NCBI GenBank assembly: GCA_965203905.1
Contig: CBDBDQ010000005.1
Coordinates: forward strand, 4,352,001-4,416,000
Direction of reading: 5' to 3'
Length of the DNA stretch: 64,000 nucleotides
Origin: Spirochaetia bacterium
Lineage (GTDB): Bacteria > Spirochaetota > Spirochaetia > SZUA-6 > Bin103
The notes below the pieces were generated by a model that worked only from the letters and a program-made list of their open reading frames with translations, was not told the DNA's origin and ran no database searches. Position numbers and translations under genes: made by a program. Position 1 is the first letter of the stretch. Each line of letters starts with the position of its first letter. Shown here one piece after another: positions 1 through 9,528 of the stretch.

Positions 1-208
1 GATTCACGGTGATGCCGGGACGCACCTCCGGCATCTTCCCGTGGCGCTTCTCGTGCCAGCGCTTCAGCCCGACGTCCCACAGCGCGAGCGCCTGCAGCGC
101 CGACGTCTTGCCCGAGTTGTTGGGGCCGATGAAGACCACCGGGTTGCCCAGCTCGATGACAACTTCGTCGAAGCGTTTGAAATTGCGAACGGTCAGTCTG
201 GTCAGCAT
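1..208 (-). CDS. AAA/ABC-type ATPase (AAA_15/AAA_21-like), 5' part only; runs off the window edge
   Basis: Not in the ORF track. Manual translation from ATG at 208: MLTRLTVRNFKRFDEVVIELGNPVVFIGPNNSGKTSALQAL. It has the xNFK start and Walker A (GPNNSGKT) typical of SMC/OLD-like ATPases. Confidence 0.85.
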   Translation of the reverse strand, partial: MLTRLTVRNFKRFDEVVIELGNPVVFIGPNNSGKTSALQALALWDVGLKRWHEKRHGKMPEVRPGITVN

Positions 209-387
209 GAGGCGGCGCCGCGCGCGTGCCGACGAATCGTGCAGCCTGGCGCAGCCCGCGTCAACCGACCGGGTAAGTGGCGTGAGTGGCAGCGGCGGCC
301 CACGCATCGACTCGCAGCACGCGCAGGTGAGCCGCCAAGCCCCCGCTCGGTGTCAGGCGTCGGTAACGGCCGGCTTACGTTGCTGCG

Positions 388-1551
388 TCAACGCGCTGCA
401 GCCAGCGACTCGGGGGCCAGCTCGCCGATCGAGGTGCTCAACTCGTCGTCGCGGGCCGGCGTGGCGGCGCGGCGCCGGGGCACCGGGGTGTCGAACTGGT
501 AGCCGGGATCCTGCTGCTGCCGGCGCCAGATGTCGCGCATCTCCCGCCAGGCGCCGATCAGGGTGCGCGGCTGCGGCATGTCGTCGGCGATCACCCGGTA
601 CAGCTTCTTCAGGTTGTAGCACGGCACGCCGGCGTACATGTGATGCTCGGTATGCCAGTTCATCCGCCAGTAGAGGAAGGTAGAGATCGGGTCCAGGGTG
701 ATCGAGCGGACGCACTTCCTGAAGTCGGGAACATTGTCGCGCAGGCCGCAGTGCATCGGAAGCCCGACGACCAGGGTCCAGCCCTTGAAGTAGAACCCCG
801 TCAACGTCACCAGCACCGGCAGCAACCACCACTGGAAGACGATCGCGACGGCAATCACCGCGCCGTGGAACAGCAGCAGCAGCCGGGCCCAGTTGGTCGC
901 CTTTTTCCGTTCTTCCGGCAGGTCGGCGAAGATGTCGTAGACCCAGGTCTCGTCCTGGGTCCCGAACGTGGACGACGTACGGAAGTCGCCGCGCGCGATC
1001 TTGATGGTGTGCAGCACCACCGGTATCAGGCCGCTGTGACCGCGCCACAGCATGAACCCGAACAACTGCGCAATGTCGATCAGCTTGAGCATCGGGTTCT
1101 GTGGCAGCACCAGTTCACGGTCGCCGTCGGGGTACAGGGTGTAGCGGTGATGGTAGGTGTGGCTCACCCCGTAGATGTGGTGATTGTTCCAACTGATCAG
1201 GCTGAACAGGCGCAGGAACGCACGATTCAGCCACTTGGTCCGGAACACGGTGCCGTGTCCCAGCTCATGGGTGGCGAGCCCCTTGAAGAACGCGCCTACG
1301 GTGCCGTGCACGACGAGCGCCAGCGCAAAGCCGAGCCAGATGCCGTTGGCGAACAGCAGGTAGGTGAGGGTGCCGGTAGCGAGGAACAGCAGCAGATGGC
1401 CGCCAGCCTGGAACCAGCCCTGCAGGTCGCTGCGCTGCATCAGCCGGCGCAGCGTGGCCGGTTCGACCGGGCACCGGTACCACTTGATTCGCAGACTGTT
1501 GCGCACCTCCGCCAGTGACCGTGGTTGCGCCGCGGGTTGAGCCGTACTCAT
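388..1551 (-). CDS. Fatty acid desaturase-family membrane di-iron enzyme (MocD-like)
   Basis: Three His boxes (HELGH, HTYHH, HTEHH) and hydrophobic segments. Confidence 0.88.
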   Translation of the reverse strand: MSTAQPAAQPRSLAEVRNSLRIKWYRCPVEPATLRRLMQRSDLQGWFQAGGHLLLFLATGTLTYLLFANGIWLGFALALVVHGTVGAFFKGLATHELGHGTVFRTKWLNRAFLRLFSLISWNNHHIYGVSHTYHHRYTLYPDGDRELVLPQNPMLKLIDIAQLFGFMLWRGHSGLIPVVLHTIKIARGDFRTSSTFGTQDETWVYDIFADLPEERKKATNWARLLLLFHGAVIAVAIVFQWWLLPVLVTLTGFYFKGWTLVVGLPMHCGLRDNVPDFRKCVRSITLDPISTFLYWRMNWHTEHHMYAGVPCYNLKKLYRVIADDMPQPRTLIGAWREMRDIWRRQQQDPGYQFDTPVPRRRAATPARDDELSTSIGELAPESLAAAR

Positions 1552-1659
1552 CCGTTGTCCTCCCCGGTTTTCTTACCACCGGCGTGTCGAGCTGTCCAGG
1601 CACCGCGGAGTGCCGACCGCGGCGGTCGCGGCGTGCTATACTGAGCGAGGTGCCTGGCG

Positions 1660-2292
1660 ATGCCGCAACCTGAGCAGATCCTGCCGCTGTTCCCCCTCAA
1701 CGTGGTGCTGTTCCCGCGTGCGCCGCTGCCGCTGCACATCTTCGAAGAGCGCTACAAGCAGATGGTGGCGGCGGCACTCGAGGGCGAGGGCCTGTTCGGG
1801 GTGATCTGCGCCGATGGCGGAGGAGCCGCACGCACCGGCTGCTGCGCCAAGATCGTGAAGGTCGTCAAACGCTACGACGACGGCCGCATGGACATTCTGA
1901 CCGTCGGCGTGCGCCGCTTCCGCATCGCTCGGCTGCTGCGGGAAGAGTCCTATCTGCAGGCCCAGGTGCGCTACTTCGGGGACGACGCCGCGGACGACCT
2001 TCCCGAGCTCGTCGAGCGCTGCCTGCGGTTGTTTCACGACATCTACGACACCACGCCGGGCAATCTCCCCCACGCCGAGCTGGAGCGTTCCTCCGCCACC
2101 GTGGTTTCCTTCTACGTGGCCTACTTCAGCGACCTCGCCCTGAAGCAGAAGCAGCGGCTGCTGGAGCTTACCAACCCCGAGGCGCGCCTGCGCCAGGTCC
2201 ACGCCGCACTGCGGACGCGGCAGCGCGAACGGCGCGAGCGTCTGGAGCGGTCCCGACTGGTCCAGGGAAACGGGCACATACCTCCGGGCTGA
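1660..2292 (+). CDS. Lon peptidase substrate-binding (Lon N) domain protein
   Basis: LPLFPLNVVLFP..LPLHIFEERYKQMV signature; no ATPase or protease domain; TATACT box at 1637-1642. Confidence 0.9.
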   Translation: MPQPEQILPLFPLNVVLFPRAPLPLHIFEERYKQMVAAALEGEGLFGVICADGGGAARTGCCAKIVKVVKRYDDGRMDILTVGVRRFRIARLLREESYLQAQVRYFGDDAADDLPELVERCLRLFHDIYDTTPGNLPHAELERSSATVVSFYVAYFSDLALKQKQRLLELTNPEARLRQVHAALRTRQRERRERLERSRLVQGNGHIPPG

Positions 2293-2364
2293 CACCGTCC
2301 TTGACCATGGAGTTGTGTCGCGCCGGTCAGGCACGCTACCCTGGACCGCAGGGGGAGGGGAGCG

Positions 2365-4812
2365 GTGCTGGACCAGGTCCTGGCAGACCTGCGGGCCGAT
2401 CCGCGTTTCATGGGCGCGGTCTATCATTGGCAGGTGCTGCCGGCGCAGAGTGCGCGTCCGGTGCCGTTTCCGCGCACCGTCGACCCCCGCCTGCGCGCCG
2501 CGTGCCGGCAGCGCGGAGTCACCACGCTCTACACCCACCAGGCGCGTTGCTACGAGCGGGCCCGTGCCGGCTGCAACGTGGTGCTGGTTACTCCCACCGC
2601 ATCCGGCAAGACGCTGGCCTACAACCTGCCGATCCTGCAGAGCTGTCTCGAGGATGACGCCGCGACCGCACTGTATCTGTTCCCCACCAAGGCCCTGGCC
2701 CAGGATCAGCGCCACGAGCTGAGCGCGATGCTGGAAGCCGCCCGCCTGGCGCTGCCGGCATTCACCTTCGACGGCGACACCCCCGCCTCGCTGCGCACCA
2801 CGGTGCGTGCGGAGGGCCGCCTGGTGATCACCAATCCCGACATGCTGCATACCGGCGTGCTGCCCAATCACCCCACGTGGGCGCGCTTCCTGCGCGCGCT
2901 GCGCTTCGTGGTGATCGACGAGCTGCACACCTACCGCGGCATCTTCGGCTCACACCTGACCAACGTGGTACGCCGCCTGCGCCGCGTGGCCGCGTTCTAC
3001 GGCGCGGGTCCTCGATTCCTCTGCTGCTCGGCAACCATCGGCAATCCGCGCCAGCTCGCGCAGCGCATCCTGGAGCAGGAGGTGGAACTGATCGACGACA
3101 ACGGCGCGCCGGCCGGAGAGCGCCACTTCGTGCTCTACAACCCGCCGCTGGTGGACCGCTCCCAGGGAATCCGCCGCAGCGTCGTGCTGGAGGCGCAGGC
3201 GGTCGCCACCCGCCTGCTGCTGCACGGTGTCAAGACCATCGTCTTCGCACGCTCGCGGGGGCGTACCGAGCTGATCGCCTCCTACATCCGCGAAGCGCTG
3301 GACGGTGCGCGTGATGACCGCGCCGGGCGCACTGCCGGCGGCTCCATCCGCGTGGCCGCCTATCGCGGCGGCTACCTGCCGCGGGAGCGGCGCGCCATCG
3401 AGCACGGTCTGCGGGCCGGCGAGCTGGCGGGGGTGGTCGCCACCACCGCCCTGGAGCTGGGCATCGACATCGGCGACCTGGACGCCTCGATCCTGGCCGG
3501 ATTCCCCGGCACCATCGCGGGGAGTTGGCAGCAGGCCGGACGCGCCGGGCGCCGCACCGGCACCTCGCTGTCGCTGCTGATCGCATCGGCGTCGCCGATC
3601 GACCAGTTCATCATCCGCCATCCGCAGTACTTCTTCGAGCGTTCGCCCGAGAGCGGCTGGGTCGATCCCGACAACATCTACGTCCTGTTGGATCAGCTCA
3701 AGTGCGCGCTGTTCGAGCTCCCATTCGCCGACACCGAACTGGCCGGCGCCGACACCGACCCGGTTGCGGAGCCGGGAGCGGCGCCGCCGCCGGCGTTCGG
3801 GCCCGAGGTGGACGCCCTGTTGCGCCACCTGGAGCAGAGCGGGACCGTGCGCCACGCGGCCGACCGCTGGTACTGGGCGGACCGTACCTACCCGGCCGAG
3901 CACGTTTCTCTGCGCACCTCCGGCGCCGCCAACGTGGTAATCGTCGAGCAACGCGCAGGGATCCGGCGCGCGATCGGGGAGATGGACCTGCCCTCCGCCA
4001 AGACCCTGCTCCACGACGGGGCGGTCTACCTGCACCGTGGCGCGCAGTACCTTGTCGACCGGCTCGACGTGGTCAACCGGCGCTGCTACGTGGAGCAGGC
4101 GGACGGCAACTACTTTACCGAAGCCGTCGTCCAGTCGGAATTGAGGATTCTGCAGCGCGACCTGGAGCGCGAGGCTGCCGGGCTGTACCTGCTGCTGGGG
4201 GACATCCTGGTGCGGCGCGAGGCCACGAAGTTCAAGAAACTGCGCTTCCGCACGCACGAGAACCTCGGTTACGGGGATATCGACCTGCCGCCGGAGGAGA
4301 TGCACACCCGGGCGCTGGTGCTGTGCTTCCCACCCGCCACCGCGGCCGGCGCCTGGCTGGCGCAATGCGGTGCGGCGCAGCGGTCGTTCATCGTCGACCG
4401 GCTGGGGGTGCTGGTGCGCAACGTGGCCCCGGTGTTCCTGCTGTGCGATCCGCACGACCTGGGGGTTGCAGCGCGGCTCCGGGATCCCGAGCTGGACTGT
4501 CCCGCGGTATACGTCTATGACGCCCATCCGGGAGGCTCCGGGCTCGCCGAGGGGCTGCATCAGCGGGTGGCGCAGGTGCTGGCCGGCTGCCGCGAACTGG
4601 TGGCCGCCTGCGAGTGCGTCGCGGGCTGCCCCTCCTGCATCGGGCCGCCGGCGGCGCACGCGCCGGGCGGCGAGGTGCCGGACCGGGGACCCGCCGTCGG
4701 CGGCTCCAGGCAGGAGCTGCTGGAGGCGCTGCAGCACCTGGCCCCGGCGCTTCAGCTCGAAGCCGCGGCTTCCGGGGAGGGTGCGACCGCGGCGGCGCGG
4801 GGACGGTCATGA
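2365..4812 (+). CDS. mrfA: DEAD/DEAH-box helicase with DUF1998 (MrfA/YprA/Hrq1-like)
   Basis: TPTASGKT, DELH, SAT, ALELGIDIG, QQAGRAGR and C-terminal CECxxGCPSC zinc motif. Confidence 0.92.
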   Translation: MLDQVLADLRADPRFMGAVYHWQVLPAQSARPVPFPRTVDPRLRAACRQRGVTTLYTHQARCYERARAGCNVVLVTPTASGKTLAYNLPILQSCLEDDAATALYLFPTKALAQDQRHELSAMLEAARLALPAFTFDGDTPASLRTTVRAEGRLVITNPDMLHTGVLPNHPTWARFLRALRFVVIDELHTYRGIFGSHLTNVVRRLRRVAAFYGAGPRFLCCSATIGNPRQLAQRILEQEVELIDDNGAPAGERHFVLYNPPLVDRSQGIRRSVVLEAQAVATRLLLHGVKTIVFARSRGRTELIASYIREALDGARDDRAGRTAGGSIRVAAYRGGYLPRERRAIEHGLRAGELAGVVATTALELGIDIGDLDASILAGFPGTIAGSWQQAGRAGRRTGTSLSLLIASASPIDQFIIRHPQYFFERSPESGWVDPDNIYVLLDQLKCALFELPFADTELAGADTDPVAEPGAAPPPAFGPEVDALLRHLEQSGTVRHAADRWYWADRTYPAEHVSLRTSGAANVVIVEQRAGIRRAIGEMDLPSAKTLLHDGAVYLHRGAQYLVDRLDVVNRRCYVEQADGNYFTEAVVQSELRILQRDLEREAAGLYLLLGDILVRREATKFKKLRFRTHENLGYGDIDLPPEEMHTRALVLCFPPATAAGAWLAQCGAAQRSFIVDRLGVLVRNVAPVFLLCDPHDLGVAARLRDPELDCPAVYVYDAHPGGSGLAEGLHQRVAQVLAGCRELVAACECVAGCPSCIGPPAAHAPGGEVPDRGPAVGGSRQELLEALQHLAPALQLEAAASGEGATAAARGRS

Positions 4813-5972
4813 GACGGCCACTGGGAGAGCGGCTCGACGTCGCGGCCGCCGCCGGCGGCCTGGCGGCGGCCCCGCCGCTGCCCGCGGCACCGGCCCCGGC
4901 GCCACGCCTCGCCGGTCAACTGGAGCACGCCGGCTGGCGCGCCGTGGCACCCTTCGTGTACTGCCGGGACAGCGACGTGCCGAGCCCGATCGGGTTGGCG
5001 GCCGGGCGTCTGCAGGGCCATCTGCTGCCGGACGCGTGCGAGTTGCAGCAGTGCCTGTTCTGGGATACCGAAACCACCGGTCTGGCGGGGGCCGGCACGG
5101 TCATCTTCCTGGTGGGACTCGGTTGGCTGGAGGGTGCACGGCTGCGCTTTCGCCAGGTGTTCCTGACCGACTTCCCCGGTGAGCGCGCCTTCCTGGAGTA
5201 CATCCGCGACATCATCTCGCGTTACGAGGTGTTCGTGTCCTACAACGGCAAGGCATTCGACTCCACCATCCTCAAGACCCGGCTGGTGCTCTCCGGCATG
5301 ACCATGGCGTTCGGTTACCAGCTCGACCTGCTGTACCTGGCGCGGCGCTTCTGGCGGCGCGTGGCCGACAACTGCCGCCTGGCCACCATCGAACGCCAGG
5401 TGCTGGGACTGGAACGCACCGGCGACGTACCCGGCTGGATGGTGCCGGAGATCTACTTCGACAGCCTGCGCCGCGGCGTGTTGGGCGAGTTGCCGGTGGT
5501 GTTCCGGCACAACCAGGAGGATGTCGTCACCCTGGCGCGGCTGCTGGCGGTGGTCGGGCAGATCCTGAGGTGCGGGCCGGAGGAAGATCGTCCGGTGCCC
5601 GTTGATCTGACCGCCGTCGGTGCCTTTCTGCTGCAGCGCGGCGACGGCGCCGGCATTGCCCTGCTGCGCCGGGCGTACGCCGCCGGCGACGCGGAGGCGG
5701 GCCGCTTGCTGAGTCTGCACCTCAAGCGCGGCGGCGCATGGTCCGACGCGGTGGCCCTGTGGGAGGACATGCGGCTGGTCCACGGCAGCTGCTTCGCGGC
5801 GGTGGAGTTGAGCAAGTTCTACGAGCACCGGGCGCGCGACCCGGCGGCGGCGCTGGACTGCATCGCGCCGTTTCGCGGCGAACCGGCCGATCCGGACCTG
5901 GAGCATCGCGAGGCACGGCTTCGCGCCAAGCTGGAGCGCTGCGCTGAACGGGGCGTGACTCAGGCGCGGTAG
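4809..5972 (+). CDS. mrfB: RNase H-like DEDD exonuclease with helical C-terminus (MrfB/YprB-like)
   Basis: ATGA overlap with the helicase stop; motifs WDTETTGL, SYNGKAFD, HNQED; helicase-exonuclease pairing as in Bacillus mrfAB. Confidence 0.85.
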   Translation: MRRPLGERLDVAAAAGGLAAAPPLPAAPAPAPRLAGQLEHAGWRAVAPFVYCRDSDVPSPIGLAAGRLQGHLLPDACELQQCLFWDTETTGLAGAGTVIFLVGLGWLEGARLRFRQVFLTDFPGERAFLEYIRDIISRYEVFVSYNGKAFDSTILKTRLVLSGMTMAFGYQLDLLYLARRFWRRVADNCRLATIERQVLGLERTGDVPGWMVPEIYFDSLRRGVLGELPVVFRHNQEDVVTLARLLAVVGQILRCGPEEDRPVPVDLTAVGAFLLQRGDGAGIALLRRAYAAGDAEAGRLLSLHLKRGGAWSDAVALWEDMRLVHGSCFAAVELSKFYEHRARDPAAALDCIAPFRGEPADPDLEHREARLRAKLERCAERGVTQAR

Positions 5973-6805
5973 TAGCAGATGCGATAGCCGTCCCGTGCCA
6001 CGAAGCCGAGGTCCTCGTAGAGCCGGATCGCCATGGTGTTGTCCAGCTTGACGAACAGCGCCGCCGACTTGCCGGCGGCGAACAGGTGCTGCAGCAGTGC
6101 GCTCAGCACGGCGCCGCCGTAACCGCGGCGCCGGCGCGCCGCCTCGGTGAACACGCCGCCGATCTGATCCACCGCGAAGCCACGGGCGTTGGTGCCCGCC
6201 TTGGCTACCGGGTGTCCGTGGATGGTCCCGAAGTAGACCAGCTCGCGCTGCAGACTGCGGCGCAGCAAGTTCCGGCACAGCTCGGCGTCGAAGCGGCTGG
6301 CGTCCAGGATCACCTCCTCCAACTCGTACGCGCGCTGCAGCTCGAACAGTCTGCGGGCATCGCGCGGCCGGGCGCGGTGAATCTGCAGTTCGGGCGGCAG
6401 CGGCGGGGGCTGGAAGCTGGCGGCGGCCACCGTCATCAGGCTGTAGTCGACCGTGGCATAGCCGCGTCCGAGCAGTTCCTGAATCCGCAGCACGTCGCCG
6501 CGCGTGCCCATGACCGACTGCGGGCTGCGGCAGTAGCGCCGGATCAGCGGCCGCAGCGCCGGCGGCAGCGGGCGCCCGTCTCGCAGTGCCGGGAGCACCA
6601 GGCCGGTCCGCGTCACCAGCACCGCCGAGGGATGCTCGGCGGCGCCCTGTTCCAGCACCACGGTCCAGGCCCGGCGCTGCCAGCGGTGCCACCAGCCGCC
6701 GCCGGTGAGGCGCGCGCTGAACGGCACGTAGGCCCACTCGCGCCGGCGCAGGCTGCGCACCACCCGTTCCAGGTCGGTGGCCTCCGCGTAGCGCCAGCCC
6801 ATCAT
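5960..6805 (-). CDS. GNAT family N-acetyltransferase
   Basis: QIGGVFT..RRRGYG acetyl-CoA motif and N..AIRLYEDLGF; ATGA overlap with the GH3 stop gives a start at 6805. Confidence 0.88.
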   Translation of the reverse strand: MMGWRYAEATDLERVVRSLRRREWAYVPFSARLTGGGWWHRWQRRAWTVVLEQGAAEHPSAVLVTRTGLVLPALRDGRPLPPALRPLIRRYCRSPQSVMGTRGDVLRIQELLGRGYATVDYSLMTVAAASFQPPPLPPELQIHRARPRDARRLFELQRAYELEEVILDASRFDAELCRNLLRRSLQRELVYFGTIHGHPVAKAGTNARGFAVDQIGGVFTEAARRRRGYGGAVLSALLQHLFAAGKSAALFVKLDNTMAIRLYEDLGFVARDGYRICYYRA

Positions 6806-8598
6806 GGTGCCGCGGCGGTGGCAACGGTGGCGGCGGCTGGCGTGACGATGCCGAAGTCGAGCGGCAACCGGCCGGTGGCCCGGTAATCGCCGGCGAGCAC
6901 GGCAAAGCCGGCGTCGAACGAGGCGGCGCTGGTGCCGTACACCGCGATCGCGGTGCGTACCCACGGCACCCGGCGCAGATACACGGGGGTCAACGCGGAC
7001 ACCACTACGACCCGTTCGGCCAGCGGCTCCAGCCGCTCCAGGATGTCGAGGCTGTTGTAGTTGGCCAGCTCGAAGATCACCGTGTCGTAGTCGCGGGCGA
7101 GGGAGGGGATCAGGCTGAGGTGCGGTTCGCGGGCGTAGTAGAACGGTGAATAGGGGATGGTCGCTACACGGGCTTGCGGATAGCGGCGGACTCCCGCGTC
7201 CACGAAGGCGTGGTGCTGGCCCACCAGCAACATGTCACCGCGCTCCTGCGGCAGCGGCAGGGAGCCGCCGTTGCGGACCACGGTGACCGCGCGCGCGGCG
7301 CTGGCGAAGAAGAACTCCCGCGCTCCCGGCGCCGGCACCAGCTCCTCCGGCCGCCCGCCGGTCGGTCCCAGCGGCGCCGGGGGAGTCGCGGTCACGGCCA
7401 GCCGCTTGCCTTCCAGCACCCGTTGCGCCGCATCCAGGACCCGGAGCCGGAAGTCGGCGTCGTCGCGCATGCGCCGCCGCGCCAGCTCCCAGGCACGGCG
7501 TTGCCAGTCGGGCGTGTGCGCGATCATCACCAGGTCGTTGCCGGCGTTCAGCGCCGCCACGGCCGCCTGTGCCGGCGACCCGGCGGCTTCCACGGCGCCG
7601 TACATCTCCAGGTCGTCCGTAATCACGATCCCCGTGAATCCCAGCCGTTCGCGCAGCAGGTCGCGCACGAACAACGGCGAGAGCGACGCCGAGTCATCGT
7701 TCCCCGTGATCTTGGGAAAGGCGAGGTGACCGGTCATGACCGCCGGCAGTCCCTCGCGCGCCAGGAACCGGTAGGGAACCAGCTCGCGCTGCCACAGCTG
7801 CTCCAGATCGGCAGCGACCCGTGGCAACACCAGGTGTGAATCGCGGTCGGCCGCGCCGTGGCCGGGGAAGTGCTTGGCGGTAGCCATGACACCGGCGCTG
7901 CGGAGTCCGCGGAAGAACGCCACCGCCAGCAGCCCGGTCTGCACCGGGTCGGAGCTGAAGGCGCGCGGCCCGATCACCGTGGCGTCGGGGTCGGAGTACA
8001 CGTCGACGGTCGGCGCGAAGTTCATGTTGATGCCGAGCGCCGCCAGCTCGGCACCGAGGTAGCGGCCGGTCTGGAAGGCGTCCGCCGCGAGCCCGGTGGC
8101 GCCGAGGGCGAGATTGCCCGGCGTCTGCGACGCGGAGTGCTTGATGTGACGGATCCAGCCTCCTTCCTGGTCGGTGGCGATGAGCAACGGAATCTGCCGC
8201 GGCTGCCGGCGCGCCGCCTCCTGGAGCGCGGCCGTGGTGGTGGCGAGCTGCTGCAGGCTCGCCACGTTGCGGGGAAAGATCTTCACGCCGCCAAGGCTGC
8301 GCTCCTCGATCCAGCGCCGCAGGTAGGGTGGAATGGCGGTGTCCGGGTAGCCGAGCATGAACACCTGCCCCAGGAGCTCGTCGTCGCTCAGGGAGGACGC
8401 CAGCGCGCGCATCGCCGCCGGCGCGGAGAGCGCGTCCCAGAAGGTGGCAGGTGCGGTCCCGGCGGTGCGCTCCTGCGCGGGGGCCGGGAGCGGGCCGACC
8501 CAGGCGGCGCTCGCCAGCAGCAGCACGGCGGCGAGCGGCCGGCAACCGGCGCGCAGGGCCGCGGCCGGACCAGCCTGCGGTCGCCGGTCGCGCGTCAT
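6802..8598 (-). CDS. nagZ: Glycoside hydrolase family 3, beta-N-acetylhexosaminidase (NagZ-like), exported
   Basis: DQEGG, KHFPGHGxxxxDSH NagZ signature, ITDDLEM nucleophile motif, signal-like N-terminus; start 8598 by ATGA overlap. Confidence 0.85.
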   Translation of the reverse strand: MTRDRRPQAGPAAALRAGCRPLAAVLLLASAAWVGPLPAPAQERTAGTAPATFWDALSAPAAMRALASSLSDDELLGQVFMLGYPDTAIPPYLRRWIEERSLGGVKIFPRNVASLQQLATTTAALQEAARRQPRQIPLLIATDQEGGWIRHIKHSASQTPGNLALGATGLAADAFQTGRYLGAELAALGINMNFAPTVDVYSDPDATVIGPRAFSSDPVQTGLLAVAFFRGLRSAGVMATAKHFPGHGAADRDSHLVLPRVAADLEQLWQRELVPYRFLAREGLPAVMTGHLAFPKITGNDDSASLSPLFVRDLLRERLGFTGIVITDDLEMYGAVEAAGSPAQAAVAALNAGNDLVMIAHTPDWQRRAWELARRRMRDDADFRLRVLDAAQRVLEGKRLAVTATPPAPLGPTGGRPEELVPAPGAREFFFASAARAVTVVRNGGSLPLPQERGDMLLVGQHHAFVDAGVRRYPQARVATIPYSPFYYAREPHLSLIPSLARDYDTVIFELANYNSLDILERLEPLAERVVVVSALTPVYLRRVPWVRTAIAVYGTSAASFDAGFAVLAGDYRATGRLPLDFGIVTPAAATVATAAAP

Positions 8599-9401
8599 CG
8601 CGACCAGGTCCACCGGGGACAGGCGTAGCGGGTCGCTTCCAGCTCTCGCGCCAGCCGCGCTTCGGCGGCGGACAGCTGCGACCGGCGCACCTGCAGTTGG
8701 GCCGCCGCGGCGGTGGCCAGCAACTGCAGGGCCTCTTCGTGGCTGCGGTAGGAAGCGGTTTCCTGCGCTACCGAGGTGGCGGCGGCGAGCTGCCCGGGTC
8801 GGGCCACGGGACGTGGACGGAGGTAGCGCGCGATCCCGGTGTAGGCGGCGGAGAGCGGTATGCTACCGTGCTGCAGGGCCGCGTTTCGGGTGGTGGTCTG
8901 GGCGCTGCCCACCAGCTTCTTCCGTCCGGCGGTGATCTCGTACTCGGCGGTAGACCGGAAACAGTCGGGATCGGGCTCGCGCGGCGCCGTTCCCGCGGCA
9001 CCCGGCTGCACCGCGCCCCGGATACCGAGGGCTGGCAGCAGGCGCAGCAGAATCGCCGCCGAGGCGCGATACGCGGCACGCTTCCCGAACGGCTCCAGGT
9101 GATGGTGTCCGAGGACCACGGCGTAGGTAACCTCGTCGTCGTGCAGCACCGCGCGTCCTCCGGTGGGCCGGCGTACCAGTCCGACCCCGTCCCGTTGGCG
9201 CATCCCGTCGTCGCCCAGGTCGCCGGCGGACTGGAACCGGCCCAGGGACACGCAGGGCGGGGCGAATCCGTACAGCCGCAGCACCGGATCGTCGCCGGCG
9301 GACATGCACTGCAGCAACGCCTCGTCCACCGCCATGTTGCGAGGCCCAGGCTGGCGTGGATCGACCAGCAGCCGAAAGGAAAGATGGGGAAGGGGTAACA
9401 T
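8595..9401 (-). CDS. Lipoate-protein ligase / octanoyltransferase family (LplA/LipM-like)
   Basis: NMAVDEALL, VRRPTGGRAVLH, KKLVGSAQ, LQHGSI; start placed at ATG 9401. Confidence 0.9.
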   Translation of the reverse strand: MLPLPHLSFRLLVDPRQPGPRNMAVDEALLQCMSAGDDPVLRLYGFAPPCVSLGRFQSAGDLGDDGMRQRDGVGLVRRPTGGRAVLHDDEVTYAVVLGHHHLEPFGKRAAYRASAAILLRLLPALGIRGAVQPGAAGTAPREPDPDCFRSTAEYEITAGRKKLVGSAQTTTRNAALQHGSIPLSAAYTGIARYLRPRPVARPGQLAAATSVAQETASYRSHEEALQLLATAAAAQLQVRRSQLSAAEARLARELEATRYACPRWTWSR

Positions 9402-9528
9402 CGCCGTGGGACCGGGAGGCAACCGCGCAAGGACCGCGGTGCCGCGCGGCCGGTGCAGCCGGTCGGCACGACGGCAGCGCCGTCGTGGCGTGACGCCAGC
9501 GTCCTGCCGTGGTAGTGTGTAACGGAAC

